Shown in pieces: positions 1 through 12,553 of a stretch of 64,000 nt of DNA (positions within the stretch are counted from its first letter, which is position 1; the number at the start of each line of letters is the position of its first letter). The notes beneath the pieces are model-generated. The model ran no database searches and was not told the origin of the DNA. It saw nothing but the letters and a program-made list of their open reading frames with translations. Origin of the DNA: Psammoneis japonica (Eukaryota); assembly GCA_008632985.1 (NCBI GenBank), contig QPGO01000020.1, positions 1 to 64,000 of the forward strand. Reading direction: 5' to 3'. Both the position numbers and the translations under genes were made by a program.

Positions 1-657
1 ACGAAACTACTGTTCTGATAGTACTGGTATTTGGGAAGGGACTGAGCTGCTGGTGGTTTCGTCTTGATCACTGAAGGAGTTTCCGGGGTGTGATTTTGCG
101 GCGACGGCCGGGTTGCGAGAGGAAGGAGACGGAACAGTAGTGGAAGGTCTGTCGAGATCAGAATGGGGTGAGGTCACTGAATGCGCACTCTGAGAAGTAG
201 CTTTTGATGGCGACATGACATCCAGACATCGTTGAAGCCATTCTTCATAAACCTTCAAATCTCGATGATTAAGACTAGCCAGTTGCTTTGCGGCCTCAAA
301 GGCTACCAGAGCTTCGTCGTATCTTGCAAGGTTGTATGCAGCAATGCCCAAACGCTTGTGACACAGTTCTCGCTCGCCTGGCCGCAATCCAGAGGTATCT
401 TGGATCGAAAGGGCTGTCTGCGCATCCTCAAGAGCTTCTTGATACCGCTTACACACCAGAAAAGCGGCAGCTCGATGCGATAAGGTTCGCAAACGCAGCG
501 CCCAACAGTTGTCGTCCTTAGTAGTCGTCAACAGCGACAACGCCGCTGCGTATGCGTCAAGAGCCGACTCGTATGCTTCGTCGACTGCAAAAGAATCTCC
601 CAAGGACAGACAACTCTCCGCCGATAAGTCCATCAAATCAGTATCCGTGTTTTCCAT
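1..657 (-). CDS. SGT1: SGT1/SUGT1 Hsp90 co-chaperone (TPR + start of CS domain), runs off window start; apparent frameshift in the linker
   Basis: ORF 7..657 has TPR repeats. An alternative frame at 59..1 reads KPPAAQSLPKYQYYQNSSF, typical of the start of the SGT1 CS domain. Confidence 0.8.
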
Positions 658-3454
658 TCTTTACAAGTAAGAGGAGGGCGAGAAGTGATTAGAGCACGTA
701 TTGCGTTTTCGTTTTTGGTGTGACGGTGCCATGATCTCTACGGCCGGATCGATCGCGGATCGTGCGTGGACCCGCCACCCCGCACCAGGCAGCGTCGATA
801 ACGAAGTCGTTAGCGACCTGATCAGGGGTTCTGGTGTCAGGTTCTGGTGGCAAACCCGGACGTTGCACACGCTAACCCGTCGTGTTGGTCTGATTTCCCT
901 CTCTACTCTAGCTAGCTGCTGTAGCTCTAGAGCTAGAGAGCAGGTAGAGTCAGGTGCCAGGGCTAAAAGCATAAAACATGCATGTGTGAAAGCTAAGAAG
1001 ATTCACGCAACACAAGTCAAAGAGTCTCAAAAAATGCATGGACCACTTTCCTCCGCAGATGCTGTGGGATTTGAGATTGTTGCCATTGCATGAGCCACAC
1101 CTTGGGTGACACGAAGAGGCCTTGTTTCAGCGCTCCAAACACACGCCATGATTTGCTTCAGGAAAAAAGCAGTGAGCAAGTCCCTTCAGCTTGCCAGCGA
1201 AGATTTCCACACTTGATCTGCACAGCCTCTTTCACAGTTTCCTTGCATTTGAGTCCAATGTGCCCAAACATGTGGCAAACTTCCAGCATCGTGGAAAAAC
1301 TCATGTCGTTGTCATCTTCTTCTGTTGTTGTCTCTGGAGCAAGTTTGAAATCAAAAGTGGTTTCAATGCAATGGGGCTTCAAGGCTGTTTAAGAGTCCAC
1401 TTTTGTTTGCTCTCTTGTGTCATTTGTGTGTGCAGCATTCTCGAGGGGTGTCTCTTCGCACACTCTTCTCGACTGCTCTGCTCTGTGTTGTTTTAACCAA
1501 ACAACCACCCCAAGCTCTGAGATTTCTTTTGCAAATTCAACAGGTGCAATGTCATCATTCCATTCTGTGCAGAGCTCATGACACAGCCAAACAAGCAAAA
1601 GGATGTGAGCAAACCAGGCAAGCAAAAGTTTGGCCAACATTGTGGGTGCCCAGCAGCACTTGTGCACTTGCTTGCAATGGTTGAAGTCTTTCTCTTTCAA
1701 CTCCTTTTCATTCTGTTGTGTCTTTCACTTCATGTCTGGGTTCATGAATTTTGGAGCTTCTTCAACATTTGTTGCACTTGCTGCATTGCACACCTCCAAT
1801 GTGATTTTTAGAGCACACCTTTGAGAATGTGGCTGCTTCCCTCCTGAGCTTGGCATTGCCACCACTCCAATGCCTTGTTGTCAGGTTTGATTTGCTTTGC
1901 CTTTTGTGCATGGAAATGCTGCCAGAGCCAGGAGGCTTGAGGTTTCCACTTTTTGCAGCATGTCACATCTGAACGCCACACCAATCTTGTGAAGAACAAT
2001 GTCTTCAGAGGCACGACATTTGCCAAGCATCTCCTTGGATTCTTCAAGCAGAAAATGCTCATTGAAATCCTCTTCAACAATGTCAAAAGAGACAGTGGCG
2101 TGCTTGTTTGTCCTTGCACTCTGATTTGCACACAAGGTGACCACTGAATTTTTCACAGACACTGCAGCAAAACATGTTGCCCAGATGGTTTTGAGAACAT
2201 GAGATGAGGGAGCTGAATGTGTCAGACTGAGACTCAGGGCTTTTTCAGCATCCAAGACCACCAAACCAGTCAGCATGGATGAAGTTTCAGACCTTGGATT
2301 TGTCTGACATTCATGAGCAGTGGCAACTGGCAATTGCTTCCACATTTCTCAATTGGCAAATTTCAAAGAGTGATCTTTGTGGTCATCTCCCCGCAAATTG
2401 CTGTTGCTGTGGTTTTCATTTTCTTTTTTCATTTCTTGCTCTCCAACTTGAGAAGGCATTGTCTTTGGTGTTCCTGCACTCAGGTTGGGACAGTGAATGG
2501 ATTGATCAAAAAGCACTGGGGCAGCTGCAGTGACAGTTTCTGAAGATGTTGGATGGGTGGGGGTGTGCCACTTTCTGGCTGCTCAAGATGGAGTCTGGTG
2601 TCAGAAGCTGGTGTGTGTTGAGAAGCAAAGTTGATGTCAAAGAGGGGCTGCAAGCAACCATGCAAGAAAATCACCATGCCCTTCTCACCTCTTGCTTTGG
2701 ACTGCCACTCTCCATCATTTTATGTTGGCCATGGTGGCAATTGGCAACATCCTGCCAGACCAATTGGTTTGACCCACTGTGCTGGAGAGGTGCACAAATC
2801 ATCTTGTCATCTGCATGTGTGCTTCCTTGCGTGCGATCATTCATGCATGTGCTGAGTGTGTGAGTGCCCATGTGCAAACAACAACAGACAATTTGTGCAC
2901 CTCTGCTGGCTGTGCTGCACAAGCACCAGTGCTGGAAGGTGGTTGCAAAAGTCCAAACTTCTGCTGCAAAAATTCACAAACTGCTCATTTCTTTGCAGAA
3001 TCAATGCTGTGGCTGTGCAGAGTCACCCTGAAAATTCATTGTTCTTGCTGCTGCAACAGATGTGACTCTGCAGAAGAATGTTTGTTCATGAGATGAAGGC
3101 TCTGTGTGTTGTGCTGTGCATTGGCGTTTGTCAGGCACATGTTTCAGCTCTGGGGCATGCCTTCTCAGTTGCACCTGGTGTCAAACAGTGCCATTGTGTG
3201 ATGATGAAAAACACCAGAAGTTGTGCTGTCCAGTGCACCAAACCTCTTGAGCAGAGGCAGTGTTGAGAACATGCAGAAAAAGTTCAGACTTTTGTCACCC
3301 CCTGAAAATCACTGTTTTCAGCCCCAATGATTTCTCAACAGTTCTCCAAGGAATGACCACCACAATTGCTGCAAACAAATGCATGCACCAGTGCATGAAG
3401 ATTGATGGCAGATGCTCTGGATTCCAGAGCTTGGAATTTTTTGGCAAAAAATTG

Positions 3455-5328
3455 AACCAAAAAAGTTCATCAAACTTCTGTTGCCAACTTCTGCCAGTGT
3501 GCCTGTGGCCACTCCAGAGGATCACTTTGCACATGCAGGACAGAGCTGGAAAAATGTTGCACAGGCTGCCATGCAACAAAATTGTTGCTCACTGTTGCTC
3601 CTTGCTCCCACTTGGTTGCCTCTTGTTGAGCGGAAGACCAGCCAACAAAACACAGAATGTCCTGCTGCTCTCATGTGACTGGAGCCCCGCCAAGTCTTGT
3701 GTGATGGAAGGATCAGCAAAATGTGTGTGATCTGGTGCAAATTCATGTGGAACTTGCTGTCTGCAATTGGTCAACATTTGTCATGCGGGCATCATGAGGG
3801 TGTTCACACAATTGAAAAGACCCAAAAGAGTTCACTGTCAGGTTTGAATGAGGTGGCAGAGGATTTTGTGATCTGGTGCACCAGCATTTGCATTGCTGAC
3901 ACAACATTTTGTCAAAACATCTCATGTGATTCTTGGTTGTTTGATGAGCAAGCAATTGCCCAGATCACAGTTGAGCAGGATGCACGCATCATGCAATGCA
4001 TGTCATCTCAAATGCAGAGCCTGGTCTTTGATGCATTCTTCACACAAGTCACCACAATGTCTCACACAAGAAAATGCACAATCAACCCCACAACTGCTGC
4101 AAAACAACAAGACAGCAGCCAGCAGCATTGAAAGCAGTTGTGCACTGTCCCAACCCCTCTTGCAACATCAACCATGTCTTGGGTGCACAGCAGCCAGCAC
4201 CCAAAAGGTCACTTCCAAGATCAGGGTGGGGTCACTGCTTGTGTTTGGGCTGAAGTCTTGTCAAGGTTTGGAAGCAACAGTGAGCCACCAGAACCTTGAG
4301 CCACCAAAAGTGCTGGCTCACCACACACTCATGTGTTGGCTGCACTTTCAGTGTGCTGGGCAGGCAGCTGAGTGTCATTCTGTGTGTCTTTTGAGGTTTG
4401 GCCCTGCATTTGATCTGCACAAACAACCAAAAAAGTTCAAACTTCTGTTGCCAACTTCTGCCAGTGTGCCTGTGGCCACTCCAGAGATCACTTTGCACAT
4501 GTGTGGGACAGAACTGGGAAAATGTTGCACAGGCTGCTGTGCAACAAAATTGTTGCTCACTGTTGCTCCTTCCTCCCACTTGGTTGCCTCTTGTTGAGCT
4601 GAAGACCAGCTGACAGCACAGAATGTCCTGCTGCTCTCACATCATGACTGGAGCCCCGCTGAGTCTTGTGCAATGGGAGGATCAGCAAAATGTGTGTGAT
4701 CTGGTGCAAATTCATGTGGAACTTGCTGTTTGCAGTTGGTCAACATTTGTCATGTGGGTGTTGTGAGGGTGTGCACACAATGGAAAAGCTCTAAAAGAGT
4801 TCACTGTCAGGTTTGAATGGGGCCACAGAGGATTTTGTGATCTGGTGCACCATTTGCGTGACCAACACAACATTTTGTCAAAACATCTCATGTTGGTTGT
4901 TTGATTGGCAAGCAATTGCCAGGATCACAGTTGAGCAGGGTGCGTGCATCATGCAGTGCATGTCATCAAATGCAGAGCCTGGTCTTTGATGCACACAAGT
5001 CACCACAATCAACCCCACAACTGCTGCAAAATAACAAAACAGCAGCCAGCAGCATTGAAAGCAGTTGTGCATTGTCCCACTCCTCTTGCAACATCAACCA
5101 TGTCTTGGGTGCACAGCAGCCAGCACCCAAGAGGTCACTTCCAAGAGCAGGGTGGGGTCACTGCTTGTGTTTGGCTGAAGTCTTGTCAAGGTTTGGAAGC
5201 AACCTTGAGCTGCTGGAAGTGCTGGCTCACCACACCCCCATGTTGGCTGCACTTTCAGTGCTGGGCAGTTTGCTGAGTGTCACTCTGTGTGTCTGTTGAG
5301 GTTTGGCCCTGCATTTGATCCACACAAA
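3455..5328. repeat. Tandem duplication, two ~0.9-1 kb units (3455-4423, 4424-5328)
   Basis: Both units begin aaccaaaaaagttca..aaacttctgttgccaacttctgccagtgtgcctgtggccactccagag and end gaggtttggccctgcatttgatc. Confidence 0.9.
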
Positions 5329-6377
5329 GTTGTTTGTGATGGACAGCATGCTTCAGAGGAAGAGAGTCACTCAGCTCCTCTTGAGCAGCTGTTCTCATCA
5401 TCAGCAGAATCTGCAAGTCCTGGTGCTGGCAATCCTTGGGCAGAAATGTTTTCTGTGGAGATCTTCAGGAGGGCCCTCCAGAATCCTTTGGTGGCGGATT
5501 CTCACAACACCAAGATGGAGCTGATGCTGGGGCACCAGGTTTTGCCTGCTGAACCCACCACCCAGAGGCTGTTTTTTGCTCTTGCTGCTTTCCCCAAATG
5601 AGGCATTTTGGATGGAGATTGTGAGCTGTGCTTCACTTTTAAGGAAGACCATGGCAGCATGGAATTCATTGTGCACTTGTCTTTGCCCACAACTCTGTTA
5701 GAGTTTGTTCTGAAATTGCACTGTGGAAGTGCAATTGTCCCTGGTTGCACCTCCATTTTTGTTTGGTTTCTGGCAAGTGTTGAGAATCACAGATCCTTCA
5801 GGATCCTTTTTGTCAGTCCTTTGGCTGACATGCTGGTTGCTTTGCTCCAAGCTCTGCAGGTTGGGCTGCTCATGTTTGCTCTTTCAGGCCTCCCCATGAC
5901 AACTCATTTGCAGCTTGCCACATTTTGGCAACCCTTTGTTACATGATCCTCTGTGCCAATTTCCCAGATGCGCCACCAATGTCTCAAACATAACCAGTGT
6001 CTTGCACAACATCTTGAACAGAGCTGATCTGGGGGGCATTTCACAGCTCTTTTGCTTCTCTTGTTCTCATTGCCATGGTGTTGCTCCTTCATTTCCTCTG
6101 AGTCTGGGTGACTTTCTGCTTGGCCAGCTGCCTGCTCAAATGCATCACTCCACCACTCCTTTTCATTTGTTGTCAATTTTTTGAGGATGCCCATCAACTG
6201 ACTCTCCTTGTTGTCTTTGGTGTCTGCCACTTGACTCTTTGAATCAACCAGTTCTCTTGGCCGACACAAAACCTCAACCCAAATTTTTAACCTCCTCCTG
6301 CTTTGTGTTGTTGCAGATCTCCCTGGTCTGCTCCCTGCACAAAGTCCAACTCTCCAATCCTTTCTCCCTCAAATGCA

Positions 6378-6911
6378 TCAGCATGTTTGGGTGACAACAT
6401 CTGCAGCCCCTCATGGCTCGATCCAAGCTGATGCTGAAACCATTGATTTTGCAATCTCCTCTTCACCTCTTTGAATATGGGCAATGTGGCCATGGATGAA
6501 AGGCCTCCAAGATTTGTCCCCAATGATTTTGCAGCTTTCCCTGCTGCAGTTGGTGGTTCCCTTGAAGATGAAGCATTCTCTCTGGCCTCCACTTTCACAA
6601 TGACAACAAAAATCCTTCTGAACCTCTGCTCACAAAGGGATTGATGTGTTTGGGTGATGTGTGCAGTCTCTTGTGGCTTTGATCCAAGCTGGTGCTCAGC
6701 TGTTGATTTTGCTGCAGCTCTTTTTTCACCTCTTTGAATGTGGTCAACACAGCAATGGATGAAGGCCTCCACCAAGGTTTGTCCTCTGTGATTTTGCAGC
6801 TTTCCCTGCCATGGTTCCATGGTTGACAGTTCCTTTGAAGACCAGGCATTCTTCTCTAGCCTCCACTTTTACAAACTTCAAGTGATTGACAACAAAAATC
6901 ATTCTGAACCT
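6378..6911. repeat. Diverged tandem duplication, ~260 bp unit
   Basis: Shared blocks gatccaagctg, ttcacctctttgaat, tgattttgcagctttccctgc and gacaacaaaaatc..tctgaacct occur in 6378-6625 and 6641-6911. Confidence 0.75.
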
Positions 6912-9057
6912 GTGCAAATGAATCAAGAACTTGGGATGAACCTGAGAATGTGCCTTCCCACTTCCCACTTTTGTTTGCACATTCTGGTCTTCACAAAATC
7001 CACAAAACAGACAGCACCCTGATGAGAGATCTGGTGAACTGGGTCAATCTTTTGGCCAAGCACCAAGTGCCCACCACAAAGAACAGACACTGCAGACACC
7101 TTCAAGTGGTTGTGGTTTGGCATTGTTGTTTCACACTCTCTTATCTTGTCAATGTTCAAGTCATCTTGATCCAACATTTTTTGAAAATTTTTCTTGTCAA
7201 GCTCACATGATGGACTCCGCTCTTCACACATGGTCAAGGAGTTTGACAGATGCAGTTGGAAGCTCAACATGGCTTCCTCCAGAGTTCAATTGTGTCGCCT
7301 TGCAGCCAGGGCATTCATGTGACAGAAGAAAGTCACAAATTTTGTGTCCAAAGGTTTTTCTTCTTTTCACCTTTGCCAAAGTTGATGTGAACCCCTGTTG
7401 GCACACTCTTGGTCACCTCATGGCTTTTTGTCTTTTCCACCAACTTGTCTTGAGTGTTTCTCAGAACCTTGTCCTCCTTGTTGCATTTCACAACTTCACA
7501 ACCATGATTCTTCATTGGGGTTTGTTCCCAATGAGTGACACAGCAGCCATCATCATGGCAAAAGACATTTGTCATTTTTGTTCCAGCTTTGTCTCCCAAG
7601 CAAACCCAGCTGCCAACTGCCAAAATTTCATTTGTGCCTTTCCTCTCTCTGCACTTCTGACAATTGAAAAAGATGATCATGCTGTTGTTTTTGCAGTTTG
7701 GCTCTGGGCAACCCACTGCTCTGCACCAGCCACCTGCTTTCTTTTTGTTGCAGCAACATGCTTCTTGTGCTTTGTTTTGCAAGGGGTTTTCACCAACTCA
7801 GCTTTGCACTTGTGCAAATGAGCCAGTTGGTTGCACGCAATTCCTGCAGCCAACCTGCATTTGTTTTTGTTGTCTGCATCAACAGAAAACTTGGTGTCAA
7901 GTTTGCTGCCAAGTGTTGGATGCATGCCATTGCCAAACATTGCCTCTGCTGTGTGTGGTGTGATGTTGTTTTCTCCATGCCACAGTGGCTCATCTTCAAC
8001 ATTGCCACCAGGCATCCTCCTGGCAACCCCAAGTGTGGGGTCATTGTTTTTTCTTTCCTCCCTAAAAGGAAGCTCCTCTTCATCTGAGCTGCCAGGCATC
8101 CTGGCCACCCCAAGTGTTGGGCCACCTTGATTTTCTGACAAAATTGTGCTCAGTTTTTTCAGCGGCAATGTGTGTGACTGGAGAAGAGCTGACAGCTTCG
8201 TTGTTTGCCCAAGCTGCTGTCACCTTGCCATTGAGTGAGCCAGTTTGATTTTTAGCAGCAATTGCAGAAACTGTGCCAGCTCAGGTCATTTGTGATCTGG
8301 TGCATGATGCCATGGCACCCGCTGAAAAAGGCTCTTGAAATGCCTTGTTGCACAGAGACACTGTGTGGTGTGCTGGATCAGGTCATTTGCAATCTGGTGC
8401 ATGTTTGTGCAGAATCCACTGGCACAGAGTTGCCAAACAATTCAGTGAAGCTGACTCTTGCAAACCAAATCTTGTCTCAGACATGCAACTGCACATGCCC
8501 ACCATGTTTCTTTTGGGTGAAATTTAACCCACCTCTGTCAACTTAAATCTGCATGTTTCAGATGCCATGGGGGAACAGCAAGTGTGAGCAGAACCTTGGA
8601 TTTGTTGGCCATGCAGGCCACAAGATAAAATTTGTCAGAGGCCACAGATGAATTTCCCCCCTTTGATTTTTTTAAGACCAGCTTCTTTTCATTTGATTTG
8701 TCTCTTTTTTTTTGTTGAACAATGTTTTGAAATGGCCAAGCAGGAGCTGACCAGGATGTCAACCCTGCTCCCATTTTGAAGCGGGCAACAAGGACACACA
8801 AGGACACACCAGCAGCAGTGGACAACCCTGCAAGTTGCAGCATCCCAGTGTGAGCACAAGGAATGCCTGTGATGACTTGCCTCTCTTGGTGCACAGTTGT
8901 TTTGTTGCACAGCTCTGTGTGGGGGCAGGACCACTCTGCATTGGAAATTTCCAGTCTCTGCATGGCTCCAATGACTTCATTGTGCCACCCTTGCAGTGCA
9001 CCACTGCCAATCTTGCATTGCTCCAGCAATCCCAAGCAATTCACGAAGCTCCCTTGT

Positions 9058-9990
9058 CAAGCAGTTTTTGGGCTGGTTGGCCCTGTCTGGGGGTGCATCA
9101 CTTTGTCATTTGTGATTTCCATTTTCAACCTGGCAGGGAGCAGGCAACTGGGTGCCAACAACAAGTGCACTGCATGCTGCCATTGCAGCGACCAACCATC
9201 ATTTTTTCAGTGCTCTGGTGGACCCAAGCAGCATTCCAAGTGCCCTTTGCAAGCAGTTGTTGGGTTGGTTTGCCCTGGCTGTCTGGAAGTTGTGCTGACC
9301 AAGTGCCCTCAGCAAACAGTTGTTGGGTTGGCTTGACCTGTCTGGGGGTTTTATCACTTTGTTGTTTGGGATTTGTGGTTCTTCCAGTCTCAGCTTGGTG
9401 CCAGGAGCAGTTGGAATTGTGCCAATGATGCACCATGTCTGCCTTGCAATGCCTGCAACTCTTCCAGTGCATCAGCAGTCCAGCAGACCAATGCAAGACA
9501 CCAAGCACCCTTTTGCAAGCAGCTGTTGGGGAGTGATTGGCCCTGTTTGGGGGTTTCATTGCTTTGCTGTGTTTGGGATTTCCACAGTCTCATCCTGGTG
9601 GGGAGCAGGCAACTCAGTGCCATCAATGCCCCTTGTCATTCTTGCAGTGCTCCAACAGACCAAAGCTGCACACTGAGTGCCTTTTGCAGGCAGTTGTTGG
9701 GCTGAATGGCTCTCTCTACAAGCTTCATCATTTTGCCTCTGGCAAGGCAGGTGTGGTGATGGTTGGCCCTGTTTTAGGGTTTCATGACTTTGCAATTTGG
9801 GATGCCCAGCCCAACCAGCTCCATGTGGGAAACAGGGGACATGGTGCCAGGGAGGCACAACATTGCTCTTTCAGGTCACAACCATCACTGTTCACTGTTC
9901 CAGTCATCCACTGGACCAAGCCAATGTAAAAAGTGCCCCTGGGGTGCAGCTGTTGAATTGGTTGGCCCAGTCTTGAGCTTTTGGGATTTC
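9058..9990. repeat. Degenerate array of irregular direct repeats
   Basis: A recurrent core resembling gcaagcagttgttggg(tt)ggttggccctgt(c/t)tgggggttt..tttgggatt is seen near 9058, 9248, 9312, 9512, 9682, 9761 and 9946. Confidence 0.65.
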
Positions 9991-12553
9991 CAGCCCAAGC
10001 CAGGAGGGGGAGGACTAGATTGCAAGGAAAACAGTGTTCACAAGATTGGCTGACAAGATTGCTTGATGCAATTTTGCCCTCAGTTTTTGACTGCAGCATC
10101 AGCTCAAATGGAGAGAAAGCAGCAAGGGTCTCAAACAGCATTTGTCACAAATGCAGCTTGATCAACCAAAATTAAAACTGAGTGGGAGGCTGTGCCAACT
10201 CAAATGTTGCTGCTTCCTCTTGCCATGACACTGCACTGGGCACAATGAAACTTGCATCCTTTGTGGGAAGAAGACAAAAAGCTTTCAATGAACAGGTGGC
10301 ATTGATGGACAAAACATTTGTAGAATCTGTTGTGGCTCTTGCTTTTTGACCAGGTCCTGGCTTTTCTGTCAGAGATCACTTTCTTCTAGCCAAGCTTGCA
10401 AATCTCCTCAAAACTCAAAAGAGTTGATGTCTGAAGCAGGTGGACTGGCTGCTGGGTTGAATGAACCAACCAGCACGATGTCTGTTGACAGAGCCTCCAC
10501 CTGAATTGCTTTCTCTCTCCAGCAAAGAGTCTTGAAGTTGGCAACCACTGCCTTGCTGTCTGTGATGCAAAGTCCTCCTCCCCAGCAACACAAGAAGATT
10601 TGAGCCATGTTGGCAACACCAAGTTGGTGCATGACAGGTGACTGGGGATGGAAAGGCAAGGTTGCAGAGAGGGGACAATGGATGCACCAACGACAGGAGC
10701 AGGTGGAGACATTGCCATTGGGAACCCACAAGGCAGTGCCAAACACCAATTGTCTTTCACCTGGGACAAGAAGATTGTTCAACCAGGCACTGCACAGCAG
10801 CTCCACCACACTGTGAGCTTTGCCAGGCAACCTGGTGCTGCAGAACAGCCAGAGTTTGTTGTCCAGCTTTGATTGCTGTGCAAGACAAGGAGCACCTCCA
10901 CAGAATGCTCCCCAACATTTGTGCAACTCCTTTCATCACCCCCCCCTGTTTTGTCATCATGCTGTTGAGGCAGCACCCTGTGCTTTGTGTTTTGCTGTCA
11001 ATTCTTTTGTCTTGTTAGAACTTCCAGAGCTTGCTCCTTTTCCTTGAAAAAGGATCTTTCTGAATGTTCTCTGCAATGCTTGCACTGTCCTTCATGCACT
11101 TCTCTGAGGTGTCTTCAACTTTGTGCTTGGCATTCTTTTTGATGCCCTCTCTTCTCCCACCATCAAGCACAGCACACATGCAAAAGGTGTGCCTGGGAGA
11201 GCAGCAACCAATGTCTGCTTTGTTGCCCTCTGCTGCAGTTCTCCTCCAGGCTTCTCCCAAGGCAAGCAAGACATGGCAGCGCAGGTGGCAGGAACAGGAG
11301 ATCCAGCAGCATCCTCATCAGACTCTGGGTTGCCATCGTTGCCATGCATTGCAGCAGTTGAGTCAGAGGGAAAGAGACAGCCAGCATGAGCACAGACCAA
11401 CAAGTGCCTCAACAAAGTTGTGGCATGTCATCCTTGAAGTTGACCATGCAGCAGAGCCAATCACCATCAGCCTTTTCATCAATTCAGACAAAGGCAATGT
11501 TGACAATGGCAAAGGGAGCTGTTGTCCTCCAGGTTTCAAACAACAACCCAAAGTCTTCCAAGTGAAGAATGTCTTTGAAGCCATCAAACCTGGCTGCAAC
11601 ATGAGCAGCTTCTAAGACCCCTGGGAAAATGTGGCAAAAATCATGAGTGCAGCCAACTGTGCTCGTCTTTTGCAAATCATAAAACCACACATGTTCCAAA
11701 GGTCAGAAAGAAAAAGAGGGGACTTTGACTTGGTCTCATGCCCCCCCCTGGCAGTGCTTTGTTGCTCACACCACCTGACAAGGTCTTTGTGTGTTGAGTG
11801 CCTGGTGTGGGAAGATGAGTGTTTCAGGTGAAGGATGCAACCCTTGTGTCAAAGATTTGTGCAGCCTTCACATCCCCAGTTCCCAGTGTTGTCACTGCTG
11901 ACATCAACAACAGGGTCAGAAGCCACACAGTTCACAAAGGAAGACTTTGATGGCTTGCAATGATGAACAACAAAATCATGAAGGGAAGCTTGTGAAACAT
12001 GGGGCACTTGGAGCCAACTGCCTGGGACAGGCATCATCATGAACTCAGAGTCACCCTTCAATGCCAAAAACACCAAAGCTTTTTGTGCCACACCCTGCAA
12101 TTCTTCTCAGCTGATGGGGCAACACAGAAGAAGCAAATCTGGGAGAATCACAAATCTCCAAGGTTTCTTTCTGCCGCCAAGACAGAGTTGATCTTTTTCA
12201 CAGTTTTCCAAGAGTGGACTTTGCATCTGCACGCACTTGTTTGCATAAGCAGAAGCAGGGTTGAGAAACATCTAAAAGAAACTGCACAAGAATGGCACCA
12301 CTCCAAGTCAGAAGGATGAACAGAAAAATTGTGCTCAAAGCTGACAGCTTGCAACCTGTCCTTCACCAGAAGAAGAAACTCAAACAGGTGAGGATTCCTG
12401 CCACCATTGACAGACCACTTGTGACTGGGTTAATCTTCCAAGGATGGTCAGACTCCTCAGATTTGACTGCACCATGGCAGCACAGGTGACAGAGAGCAAG
12501 AGAGTTTGCCATGGTGGTGTGTGGCAGCAACAGAGTCACAGGCTCATGTGACA

